Assembly (NCBI GenBank): GCA_904063045.1
Contig: CAJFCJ010000020.1
Span: 186,001-250,000 of the forward strand
DNA length: 64,000 bases
Source: Dimorphilus gyrociliatus
Lineage: Eukaryota; Animalia; Annelida
Reading direction: 5' to 3'
Each line of letters begins with the position of its first letter. Position 1 is the stretch's first letter. This document shows, in pieces, positions 12,612 through 24,603 of the stretch. The notes beneath the pieces were generated by a model, which did not search any database, was not told the origin of the DNA, and worked only from the letters and a program-made list of their open reading frames with translations. A program made the translations under genes and the position numbers.

Positions 12612-15600
12612 CTAACTTCCGCTGTTGTAGACGGTGTTTATATGTTCGTCACTTAGAAATTCCAACCAGATATTTAAACTATCTAATTCAAATCTTCCAT
12701 TATAAACGAATAAGTCATTTGGTTTACCAAAAACTAGATGCGTTTTTCCCTCTTTACGAACAGCTCTATTGGTCCCTATGATATCTTCAGCAGTCTTTTT
12801 ACCGTTCACAAAAATATTTAACCCAATGTCCTTTCTCCAACGAACAACAATATGTTGCCATACACCCTTTGGTACTGGTATGGCAGCAGAGTATTGAGTT
12901 GTGAAGGTTTGAACAAAGTTAGTTAATTCTAATCCGTTTACAATAGCGGCAAGTCCAGTTGATTTCGACAATGGCTGTCCACCACTAGAATGGATAAAAT
13001 TTGGTCTATTTCCTCTTCCATGGTATTTAATCCAATAGGCCATTGTAAAACCGCCAAGGCATGCATCTGGGCTAGAAAAACATTTACCGGAAAAACTACC
13101 AGCATCCAACCAGTCTCGTCTTCCATTAAATGCTACTGCCTTACCTTTTATACCATCAGACAATACCATATTCTCTCTTACATCGAGTGGAGCATTTCCA
13201 ACTATACGTTTAGATACAATCTTATCAACTGGCCAACGGAAATTTGCAGCTGGCACAATTAATGAAGGAGATTGGAATTGAATATCACAAGTTAAACCAT
13301 CTCCAAGATATTTATCTTTACATTTACATATACCATTATCTCCAAGACATTCTGCATTTGGGTCACAGTCATCACAGCTAGGTGGTACTGACGTAAAGAT
13401 TTGATAAATTTCCGTTTCAGTTAAACGTCTTTGATAAATGGCCACTTCATCAATTGATCCGACGAAAAAGTCATCGTTACATTGCATAGCTCGTCCAATT
13501 GAAAACCAATCGTAAATATTCTTTGCTGAGAGATTTTCCCTGCCATCTAAATCCAGATTTTTAACCCTTCCTTGATAATAGAGGAAAAGACCGTGATCTG
13601 GGTGGAAAGTTACTGCCACATGCTGCCATTTCTCATTATCTAAACGATATTTTGGGAAATCAACTGAGTACTCTTTTTCCGAAGTTCTCAAGAAAACTTT
13701 CAACATTCCCGACTTTCTCTTGTAGATTGCAATTCCGAGGCCTTGCTTTGGTGTTTGAGCTTCATCAGGTTCAACTCCAGTTGTTAGAAGAACCTGTGGC
13801 CTTGAAAAAAATAAAAAAGAATCAATATGCCCTACTTTTCTAGTTACTGCCTTACTTAGTTGTTGATCGAAGTGCTCTGGCTTTTGACCTATCTTCCGCC
13901 GTTTGTTTAAACCAGAGTGATATTGTAAAACCATCAGGGCATGTACTAGGTTCATTCAGACATGATTTCCCTTTTCCTCTTAGCCATCCCTCATTATCAA
14001 GATAGGCCGACTTACCTTTCCTTCCTTCTCTTAAATCTACAAAGTTTAAATTTTCTAGGGTATCGATTTTGTTTCCGCTCTTTTCATTCATTGGGAAATA
14101 TGAAGAGTAATCGCCAATAATAGAGCTTGATGTAGTTGTTGGTGGATTGGTAACAGCGCACTTATGCTCATTACACTTTTCATACATTTGACTTATTCCT
14201 TCACAGTTTAAACCACCATTTGAAGGAGTTGGATTAGAGCAAGTCCTCGTTAGCAACCTTTTACCTCCTCCGCAAGGAACACTACATGCTCCTGATGAAG
14301 TCCAAGTACTCCAACCACCATTTATTGGACATGGAGACTGATTACAATCTTCGATCTTCTGAGAGTCTCCTTCACAATTTTTCCCTCCATATTGTGGTTT
14401 GGGATTATCACAATTTCTCTCGAATATTTTTTTACCACCTCCACAAGATTTTGAGCAATCTGGTGAAGACCAATCTGACCAACCACCGTCAATTGGACAC
14501 TCAGCTTCTTTGCAAGGTTCAATTTTTGTTTTGATACCTTCACAATCATTGCCGCCGCTGGCAGGAACTGGATTAGTACAACTTCTTTTATAAATTTGTT
14601 CGCCAACTCCGCAAGATTTACTGCACTCTCCACTTTTCTCCCATTCACTCCACCCTCCGTTTACTGGACAATCAGTCAGCTTGCATTCTTTGGTTTCTTT
14701 AGAAGCTCCTTCGCATTCTTTTCCTCCGTTTTGGGGACTTGGGTTATCGCACTTGCGCTGCCCTGTCTGTATGCCTGTTCCGCATGAAACGGAGCAGTCG
14801 TCAAAGACCCATTTAGACCAACCACCATTGATCGGACATGGTCCCAAGTTGCAATCTTCGGTTTTAACATCATCACCTGTACAGTCGTCACCTCCATTTT
14901 CAGGAGCAGGATTAGAGCAAGTTCTTTTAAATAGCTTCTTTCCAGGGCCACAGCTAGTGCTACATTCTCCTGAAGCAATCCAAGCAGACCATACACCATT
15001 GACGGGACAATCAGCTTCATTACAAGGTTCTGTTTTAGTTGCCAAGCCTTCGCAATCTTTTCCCTCATATTGTGGTACGGGATTATTGCAAACTCTGGTA
15101 TAAATTTTTTTGCCCGAACCACAAGATTGAGAACAAGCTCCTTCATTCCACTCTGACCAGCCACCATTGATAGGACACTCTTTAGTGTTACATGACTCTG
15201 ATTTGGAATCTAAACCATCACAATCTTTTCCTCCGTTTTGAGGAGCTGGGTTGTTGCATGATCTAGAGAAAGTTTGAAGACCACCTCCACACGACTTGGT
15301 ACATTCACCTTCCTCTACCCAATCAGACCATCCGCCATTAATAGGGCAAGCTTGAAGATTGCAAGTTTCGGTTTTAGATGAATCTCCGGTGCATTCCTTG
15401 CCTCCAAATTTGGGTGTAGGATTGGAACATGTTCTTGTAAATATTTTCGTGCCGTCTCCACAGGATTTAGAACAAACTCCTTCTACCCATTCACTCCAAC
15501 CGCCATTTATTGGGCACGCTGATTCGTTGCATGGCTCAGTCTTACTATCGGATCCGTCACAAGTTTTTCCGCCATTTTCCGGAGCTGGATTTGTACAAGA

Positions 15601-18600
15601 TCTGCTGAAAGTTTTTGTGCCTCCTCCGCAACTCTTACTACAAGGCGAAGTTTCTTGCCAATCAGTCCAACCTCCATTAATTGGACAGGGACCGAGCACG
15701 CAATTGCGAGTTTCAGCATCTGATTCTTTAAAAGCCCCACCTACACAATCCTTGCCTCCGTTTGCTGGTGCTGGATTAGTACATTTTCTTGTTCTATACT
15801 GTGTACCTGTAGAACAAGAAACACTGCAAGTTGACCATTTTGACCAGTCTGACCAACCGCCATCTACCGGACATGGCTCCTCATTACACGACTGAGTTTC
15901 AGTTGCAGAGCCTTGACACGCCTGACCGCCATTAGACGGTGCTGGGTTGACGCACGAGCGTGTTCTGCTCTTTTTTCCAGATCCACAGCTTTTTGTGCAT
16001 TTTGAGAAACCTTCCCAAGTACCCCATTGGCCATGAACTGGTCCATCGTTAAGTTGATAGACATCCATTGCGTTGGCTACCCCTTTGCCATTTGTACAAT
16101 CATCAGATGGACCAAGACTCTGATAAAGATCAGAGTCATCACTTGAAGTTTGCACTAGACATTTTCCCCCATACTCAAGGGCAAAAATAGCATGATTCTG
16201 TTCAGCGGCTGCTTTTGCACACTTATCGATGGCCGATTCCCTCGAGACATAACTTCCATCTAGCACATCGCTAGTTTCCTCTAAGGTAGTCAATATGTCA
16301 GGCAGTTTGTCGTCTAGCCAGCATCCGATCCATGCATATTTCAGCCGTTTGTCCGGACAAGCGTCTGTCATACAACTTTCAGTCTCTTCAGAGCTACCTT
16401 CGCAATCTTTGCCACCATTTTCGGGAGCTGGAAGGTCACATTTTCTATGGCGATTTCTTGTACCAGATCCACAAGTCTTAGTGCATTTAGACCATGCCAT
16501 CCATTCACTCCAAGCACCATCCACTGGTTGTGTACATTCGTATAGTTTGTTGATCTCGCTAACGTCATTTGGAGACATTTCATTCCGCAAGCCTATAGTG
16601 GCTGTCGGCGGTTTTAAAGGAATAATAGTTGGCTTATTCCTGTCGATAGCGAACGAATTGAAGGCGTAATGCATAATAGATGAGTAATCATATGGTAGAT
16701 TCATAGTTCCCAAATCAGCTGCAGTTAATTTGTCAAAATTTGCTTCTTTACCTGGTATGATGTTTTCTTTTACAACTTCAATATAATCATCTCTGTCATA
16801 TCTTGCTTGTTCGTGCCAAAAGCCAACAGCGTGCATCAATTCGTGTTGTATTATACCAGTTTTTTTAAGACACTTTGGAGCAAGAGATACATCTTGTTTT
16901 CCAGCGTAACGACCGACGAACGACCAGCAGCCGCTATGGAAAATTTTTGGGTATTAAATAATTTATTAGCGGTGACACCTTTCATATATTTACCCAGCGT
17001 CTTTGATGTTAAGATAGTCGTTTTGGTTGGTTCTTGCAACGAATTTTAAACAGGTTTTCAACTCCATGTCATCCATAGCCTTTCTAATTATCGGAATTGA
17101 TTCTGCCACTAATGGATTTATTTATATTTTAGCTGATTTATAAAGAGTATGAAGATTATTTTTCATTTTACCAGTCGACGAGTCAAAAACGTATGGCACA
17201 ATTCCTTCTTTCCATAGCCAAGTTCTCATTTCTTTGGACAACACGTTTCGTTTTTTTCTACTTAATTGTTTAGCGCCTTCCGATCTTGTTTCGTTTCTTC
17301 TTAGTTGTTCCATTATTCGCTTTTTCTCCTATAAATAAGTTGGTTAATTGGAAAAATGAAAATTTTACATATTCCACCTGCAAGGTTTCTCGAACGCTCG
17401 AGGGATCTCCACCAATCCGTTTAATATGCATTTGCCTTGGCGTTAATTTAATATCATTCTCGTAATTATCGTTGTCCATTCCTTAAGTTTAAAAGTTATA
17501 ATTATCTTGGTAAATTAATTAAAACTATCATGTATATGCTAAGTCTACTAACCTTGTTTGTCGTTGATAGCGAACAATTCAGCCGACGGAGCTTCCTTTT
17601 GCCTCATCATTTTTTCCTCTTCTTTCTGAATTAAGGCATTAATTTGATTTACGGCTTCTCTGTCGTCTTGCAAAGAGCTTTCACAAATGTATCGTTCTCT
17701 TTCTATGCAATCAGCTTCCATTGCTTTCATATCATCAGTAAATAGCATTGCGCAAGCCTTCTTACTTTTCTTATCCGGACCTTTGTTGTTGTACCAAATT
17801 TTTGACAAAAATCTCTAAATAAGTAATAACAAGTAAGATTCCATTTATACTTAAGCGAATCTAAAATTAAATTTACAAATTTTGAATAACCTTATTTATT
17901 CTTCTTCGGTCTAACCATTCCCATGGGCCTATCGTATCTTTTCTCCTCATGCCAAACCAAAGTTTGTTTATTGCCTCTTCCTGTCCCATCCAACTGAGCA
18001 TTCTAATTAAAGGCCTCTTTTGAATGTTTGCCAAACTAGCACCTTTGCTTTCGCAAGCGTCCTCCGCTTCATCGAATGGTAATTCATCGTCGCTTATCGT
18101 GTAGCACTGGCCCCTAAAGATTTGACCCATACAGGCCTTTGCTTGTCCTGACATTAAATGGCAGACGAACGGTAATTTCCTCTCGCAAGATTGCACTTTC
18201 CACTTGTGCTTTTTATCAGTTTGTGAGGATACACAATTTTTATCTGTATCCGAATTTGGAATTTCTGCCCAATTCTTCCAAGGAACTTTTATGGTATCTT
18301 CACCATTCTGTTTTCTCCAAGAAAAATGACTTTCTTTTTTTATATCGTTCAATGCTATCCAGTATTGCTCTTTTCTGTATTGGAGAGAAACTTCTTTACT
18401 TAAAAAGTTTTTTTTCTAAAAAAAAGAGATATTTAATGAACTACTTGAAATTTTTAAAAATTCTTTTTTGCTTTCTCAACCAATGACTGGTTCTTCTATC
18501 ATGAAGCAAAACTAAACTACTGTCATGTTTCTTACACTCTTCCATTGCGTCGAACCATGAAAGTTCTTTCTCGAAGAGTTTGTAACAAAATCCAGTTGAA

Positions 18601-18818
18601 GATCTCCTTGTCCATCCCGATGGACAACTGAGTTCTAGTAGGATAAAAAGTATTAGGAAAAAAATTTACATTCATTCCAGGAAAATTAATTATAGGTTTT
18701 GATTAGGCTTACCTTTGCTATCAACTGATTTATATCTATTTTTTAACTTTTTACCAGAGATTGAAACTGTAAAAAGGAGACATAAAGCTGTTAAGAGAAT
18801 GATCTTGAAACTCTTCAT
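12612..18818 (-). CDS. Large secreted astacin (M12A) metalloprotease, ~1,894 aa: SP-CTLD-CTLD-prodomain-astacin-TSP1-WSC-like-11xTSP1-LamG-EGF-LamG; exons 18818-18713, 18634-18445, 18374-17891, 17814-17553, 17481-17378, 17328-17172, 17108-16994, 16933-13856, 13800-12612
   Basis: Signal peptide MKSFKIILLTALCLLFTVSISG. CTLDs: CPSGW...CYK...WFDAMEEC...YWIALND...W..C...LPFVC, plus a second copy. Pro-motif YENDIKLT; furin site RKKR; zinc motif HELMHAVGFWHEQARYDRD; Met-turn SIMHY. Twelve WSxW..C...CGxG...R.C TSP1 units; two ConA/LamG-like domains (C...P..C..GFT...W); EGF CDDCDPNAECLGDNGICKCKDKYLGDGLTC. All nine exons join in phase via GT-AG (5,685 nt). Confidence 0.93.
14158..16041 (-). repeat. Coding tandem array of 11 TSP1 repeats within one 3,078-nt exon
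   Basis: Units 4-12 start at 15681, 15510, 15342, 15171, 15003, 14832, 14664, 14493 and 14325, giving spacing that alternates 171/168 nt. Confidence 0.95.
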
Positions 18819-20219
18819 GATGATCCCAATTTTCTATGGAGTTGCTTCTGCCGGGATTTGGCCAGGCAACATCCAATCTCTTTTGTTCGAAGTGAACTGA
18901 GTGAACCACTATTGAACATTTAAGGCTCTTATATAGTACGCAAAAACAATATCCATACGTGTGCAACGTCGAAGGTGAACTGCTGACAGAATCGAAAGGT
19001 TGCACCTGTTAATATTTGTTTAATTTGCTAAAATCAGTGGCCGAGTGGTCATTAATTCCCTTTTTTCTAACAAAGTAGTTACCGGATTGAAAGGAGCATA
19101 AAAATGCAACTTTTCCAAAATATATGAAAAAGATTACAAGCCTGTGTCATTTTCTTCAGTTAGCCATGTAAAACTTTTAGCCTATTTAAGATTGGGTAAA
19201 ATTCATTTATATTAAAAGAATGAATGCTGAAAAAGAAAAAAAATCCCTGTTATTATAGTATAATCAAAGTGGCTGCCTTAATAATCAAACTATGGCTGCA
19301 TAAGTGGAAGATGAAAGAAGAAAGTTCTTTTGGGTGTTCTCGCATTTTTTGTTACTTAATTGTAAGATGACGGACAACGAAGTGCTACAGGTAAAGGAGG
19401 AAATTTATAATAAAGATGTGTTGGTTTGTAACCAAAATAATTAAATGTCAATAAAATCAATTGAGCTTTTTAAGTGATATAATTCTATCCGTAGCATCAT
19501 TTCTTGCAAATAAACCCATTTATAAACAAATTTTATTACTCTTAATATTTGATTTTCTTTCATTTATTATGAATAATTTATAAAAATTGCCCACTAGATG
19601 ACACTGATTTTGAACTTCTGCACAAAAATTTGTGTAATTTAGTTATCTGTAGTATTAAGGAAAAGGAGGAACTGTAAAGTTTTTTATCATTATATTTAAA
19701 TCAGAAAAATATAGAATAACACTTCTTGCTGCTGACAAACAGGTGAGAGAGAGAAAAAAAATCACAATAACAATATAATTCAATGTTAAAAAACGACGTG
19801 CACCACAAAAAGCCGTGTCCTTCTGATAATTTTTTTTCTCTCCTTTCGTATTCTCATCTCGTGGCACGATGTCTAGTTTAGTGGTGCGCTTATGTATAAA
19901 ATCGATAAAAAACGGCCACCTGCATTTGCCTTTTTCTTTAAATTAAAGTAAAAATAACGACTTTACTATAATTTGAAAAGAAAAACATTAAATAGACGAA
20001 TTAATAAGTTAATATTCGCGATAAGGAAAATTAAAGGAACTATTAATTCACCACCTGGTATGATGCCGAATACATTCCGAGCGAAAGATGTGCATTAGCG
20101 AAATAAAATTAGGTAGACGTTTGCTTGACAGAAAATCGTAATTAAAAATGATATCGCGTGCAAAACAGGTTAGGAGTAAAGAATGAAACATATTCTAAAA
20201 TATTCAATAATCAAGTTTC

Positions 20220-20570
20220 TTAACGGAAGAGAACGAAAAGGAAAGAAAAGGGTGGTGGAAACCGTACATTGAGGTGATACAGCAAAAACGAACTAGAAAA
20301 AAAAAATAGAGTTAAATAGTGAAAACGAGAGGAAAGAAATAAAGAGACATGATAGAATATAAAAGAATAAAGACAGAAAGAAAGAAAGGAAAGGAAAATG
20401 AATGAATAAACAGTGAAAGAAAACGAGAGGAACTGAGGTAGAGAGAGAGATATACATAAACTCATAGAAAAATAGAAAGAAACAGCAAAATTGTGAAAGA
20501 AATCTCCATATAAATAAAGTAGTAAACACGAAAAATAAATGAAATGACTGAATGCAAGTAAAAAGCATAT
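20220..20570 (+). repeat. Purine-rich (A/G) low-complexity tract
   Basis: Runs such as gaaagaaagaaaggaaaggaaaa and gagagagaga. The ORFs called on the minus strand here are F/L/S-rich artefacts. Confidence 0.6.
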
Positions 20571-21479
20571 GATTTCATAACAGATATAATGGCATTACTA
20601 ATATTGAAGATTTGACGACCGAATTTCCAGAAGATAATTTTTTATTTTTATCTTATTTATAAGATTTATAATAATAGAAAAAAGTGAGAGTACTTCGATT
20701 CCTATGGCGATTAATTACGTACAATCGGCATCTGCGCAATTTCAATTTAGCTAACAATAAATTGTGTCCCATACGGATAAATTGGTTAGTGCTGCTCCTC
20801 TTCAAAACAAAAATAAAGAGTGTATTTACTATGCATACTTATTCAATCAACAATATAATAGAATACAGCATGTTATTTTTATAATATATAATATACTAAA
20901 AAATATACTTTATATATATGATGTATATCTGATAAAAGGATAAATGTGTTATTATATGCTTTGTACATCTATGATAAATATATATATACATTTATACAGT
21001 ATATATATAACATATAAATTTATATGTATATCTATATATATATATATATATATATATAAATGAATGTGTATCTGGGCTGTTTTGCCCGCCTAAGACTTCT
21101 TCGACGCTTCGAAATGTCAACGACGATGGCGGGAGAAAATTATACCACGGTCGAATTTCAATTTGCAGGCTAGTAAAAAAAGGAGCAAGCCATATAGCTA
21201 GAAAGACAGAGAAAAGAGAATCAGGCTGCTAAGGAAGGTAGAAATGAACTAGAGTATTTTTTTACTTATAAAAAAGTAACTCTTTACTCTTCTTACTGAT
21301 TCTCTATTTACTCTTTCGTTTTTATCGCCTTGTTTTTTTTTTAACTTGAATTATAAATCTCTATATATTTTCTATCTATTGAGAAGAGAGTATATTTCCT
21401 TAGGCTAAATTTCCTTGTTTAGGCTACATTCACATAGAAAAAGTTGTAAAAGTTGTTTTTTTTTTTGCTATTAAACATT

Positions 21480-21736
21480 GAAAGCCGGAAAGTCCAGGAG
21501 CGAACAGCATAAATTATGTTGATAGATGTGATGCGAAATAATTCATTAGGTGTGCAGTGGCGCTGTATATTGCAGTTGTATCAAGCCGTGCAGCTAAAGT
21601 ATTGTCTATTGTCTTGTGTAGCGTAGCTGTTACACAAGGAAGTTTGATTATCGAGTATGTTTACTCGTTGTAAACTTCCAATAGGAAGAAACGTTTACAC
21701 CTTTTGTAACCTCTGAATTCACTTGTTCCTAATCAG
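21480..21736 (+). other. Probable non-coding 5' exon of the SK gene (start boundary approximate)
   Basis: Strong donor aatcag|gtaagc at 21736/21737 and an acceptor tattcatag| 1 nt before the SK ATG (23240/23241). An in-frame TGA upstream of the donor rules out an N-terminal extension. Confidence 0.4.
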
Positions 21737-23241
21737 GTAAGCAACCCATATGTTATGTAAATTTGTCACAAATTCTTTATAGCGATTAATCGCCGCCAGT
21801 CAAATAATCATTTAATCCTTCATTGATATCTATTTGGATGGCCCATTAATTATATATACTATTTTAATTATACATTTCACAGTACAAGACTATTCAGGCA
21901 GTAATTTGCATGATGCGCTCAGCACTATGTTAAAAATATTTTGTGCTGTAGACATGCTGGCCTTTAAACTACAAAAAATATGAAATTGGCTCTTTTACCT
22001 ATTCATTAATGTAGTATTTGTATTAAGTTTGGACACAAAGATATAAGTGCCCTGTTCAGAAGCACTAGAGATGTTTGCGTGGGCGTTCCCATGATGGTTT
22101 CCTTCCTGAATAGATGACAAGCAGGTGAAAAGACGATCGTCGAGGGACGAGACAGAAATAGGATAAAAAGAAAGAAAAGAAGAAAAAAGTTATTTTAAAA
22201 ACTTGGCAAGAACCGTATTTTTTTAATTAAAATCTATTATAAGAGCGGCCGCGGATATAACTATAGCTAATTTCCTTTTCTGTTAGCCTCTATTTTTAAT
22301 CCCCTTGTCACTACGACTGTCTGAAATATGGTCCTGAGTTATGTGCATTTTTTATATTTCCTTTATCTTAGCTTGAAGTATCACCTTCCACTTCTTCAAC
22401 ATATTATCCTAACCCTGTGAGGACCACGCTAAGAATGTCCATTTAGATTCGAATGCACTTTTCCTAAATCCTATTTTGTCCTCCTGCATCTTGCTAGCTC
22501 TTCAACAAATAGTTGAAAAAAGATTTTTTTTTATTAAAAATGTCTATCGACTACTCGTCTTACGTTATATATGATAAACGATACTCTAATTTGCTTTCAT
22601 TTTTTTGATCTGCGCGCCTTCTTCAGGTTATTAACGTTTTATATTTCGAGCTGCTGACTTTATATACTATTTATCACCATCTTTTGTATTAGGGGATTTA
22701 CAGTGGCCTTTATAACAGCAACAGAATATTCGTATATTATACGTTTGGCTTCAATTAGCAAAGAAAATGGCATATAGATAATCATTGTAAAAACTATTTT
22801 TAACTCGAATCGTGTAAGGCTTTAATAATGCTAAAGAGCGTATAATATGAAATTTCAATTAAGGATCAATACGTAAACTTATAGATGTCTCTTTCATTGA
22901 ATCGATTCACATATTTTGGATTAAAAGACAGTCAATTTTCAATGGCAAAAATGGTCGTCAGCTGTTCTAAAGTATTGAATATCGTGCTTATTCGATAGTA
23001 TGCCTCAGTCTGTAAATAAAAAAAACCTTGGACTATCTGCTAGTGTTACTGCTTGTGTTAAACGGAAAGTACAAAAAGCGGTCCTAATTAGGAAACGTCC
23101 GCTTTAGAAAATTTTATAACCCTTCTGTGTTAATGTTTCATTTCCGGTTACACACCTGTTATAAGTTTATATTGATTACGATCTGTACACTATTCCGGAC
23201 ACAGCATTTCGCTATATAACACACCATATTGTATTCATAGA

Positions 23242-24603
23242 ATGAGCAGCGTCGTGGAAGATCCTGGTATACCTTTGGTTGGTAGGAATGGCAGTGTATC
23301 TTCTAGAACTATGTACATGGGACAATCACCTTCTCCATTTACGTCAGGCAAGACGGATAGAAAATATGATAACGTCGGCTACCGTTTGGCGAAAAGAAAA
23401 GAACTATTCCATAGGCGTATGATAATTTCCGATTTTGCTCTTTTTTTCGCCGTCGTTGGTATCATCCTAATGATAATAGAAACAGAATTATTTATCGATG
23501 GAGTTTATCTGAAGTCTGATACACCTAGTCTTCTGATTAAAACATGTATAACCGTATCTACAGTAACCCTATTAGGATTTGTCGTTTGGTACCATATTCT
23601 CGATGTTAAATTATTTATGTGCGATAATTCAGTTGATGATTGGAGATTGGCAATTGATTCAACAAAGGTCTTGAAAATACTGCTGGAACTAACTATTAAT
23701 GCTATTCACCCTCCTCCAGGAAACTTTGAATTCGAATGGACAACTTATAATGCCGACACTCATAAAATTAATACTGCGATCGTACCTGTCGATGTCGTTT
23801 TCTCAATTCCAATGTTCCTTCGCTTTTATCTATTGTGCAGAGTAATTATGCTGCACTCTAAATTGTTTACCGACGCTTCATCACAATCTTTGGGAGCTTT
23901 AAATAGAATTCATTTCAATTTTAAATTTATATTTAAAAGTATGATGACCTTGTACCCGGAATATGTTTTGGCTGTTCTTATCTGCTCGGCATTTATTATT
24001 GCCTCTTGGGCTTTAAGAGCTTGTGAGATGTATCATGATGAGGTACATGCGAATTTCTTTAATTCGATGTGGTTAATTTCCATTACCTTCCTTTCCGTTG
24101 GTTATGGTGATATCGTCCCTAATTCTTACTGTGGTAGAAGTATAGCGGTCTTAACAGGTATATTTGGCGCTGGTTGTACTGCTTTAATTGTTGCCGTTTT
24201 GGCAAGAAAATTGGAATTATCGAGAGCTGAAAAATATGTTCATAATTTTGTTATTGATGTGGAATTAGACAAAAGATATAAGGTAGCCGCTGCTAATATT
24301 GTGAAATACGGTTGGCTGGTTTATAAGGCAAGAAAGTACGGGACTCCAGCTCAAGTTCGACGGAATCAACGGAAATTACTTAGAGCTATACATTCACTTA
24401 GGGATGTAAAACAAGAACAAAGAAGACTTGCTGACGCTTCTGTTACGTTATTGGAAATGGCCAAAAATCAATCTTCGATCGGTAACATTCTTGATCGAAC
24501 AGAAGCCAGAACATTAGAACTAGATAATAGAGTAAGTGCCATGGAGAAAAAACTTGGTTCGATCGATGAGAAATTACAAATTATTGTTAAAGCTGTATCA
24601 TAA
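23242..24603 (+). CDS. KCNN: Small-conductance Ca2+-activated K+ channel (SK/KCNN family), 453 aa, intronless CDS
   Basis: S1 start GYRLAKRKELF...SDFALFFAVVGIILMIIETEL; MFLRFYLLCRVIMLHSKLFTDASSQSLGALN; pore FLSVGYGDIVP; CaM-binding domain KYVHNF...AAANIV..GWLVYK...QRKLLRAIHSLRDVKQEQRRL; C-terminal coiled coil. Confidence 0.97.
   Translation: MSSVVEDPGIPLVGRNGSVSSRTMYMGQSPSPFTSGKTDRKYDNVGYRLAKRKELFHRRMIISDFALFFAVVGIILMIIETELFIDGVYLKSDTPSLLIKTCITVSTVTLLGFVVWYHILDVKLFMCDNSVDDWRLAIDSTKVLKILLELTINAIHPPPGNFEFEWTTYNADTHKINTAIVPVDVVFSIPMFLRFYLLCRVIMLHSKLFTDASSQSLGALNRIHFNFKFIFKSMMTLYPEYVLAVLICSAFIIASWALRACEMYHDEVHANFFNSMWLISITFLSVGYGDIVPNSYCGRSIAVLTGIFGAGCTALIVAVLARKLELSRAEKYVHNFVIDVELDKRYKVAAANIVKYGWLVYKARKYGTPAQVRRNQRKLLRAIHSLRDVKQEQRRLADASVTLLEMAKNQSSIGNILDRTEARTLELDNRVSAMEKKLGSIDEKLQIIVKAVS

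Noticed and set aside
12545-12617. Possible extra astacin exon linking it to the orphan ORF
   Set aside because: The candidate acceptor at ~12560 gives an immediate stop, phases do not match the acceptor at 12101, and an AATAAA follows the 12612 stop within ~45 nt.
14158-16041. Regular ~170-nt periodicity that could be taken for a CRISPR or satellite array
   Set aside because: The units are degenerate protein-coding TSP1 domains in one open frame, with no identical repeats or unique spacers, and the context is eukaryotic.
14286-16669. Several plus-strand and alternative-frame ORFs (e.g. 14681-15103, 15359-15895, 14676-15167)
   Set aside because: They are shadows of the repetitive TSP1 coding exon, with no independent domain signal.
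18713-18724. Apparent 12-nt microexon (VDSK) in the astacin gene
   Set aside because: It would need a 30-nt upstream intron. The frame reads straight through (GKKLKNRYKSVDSK) to the gtaagc donor, so a single 106-nt exon is simpler.
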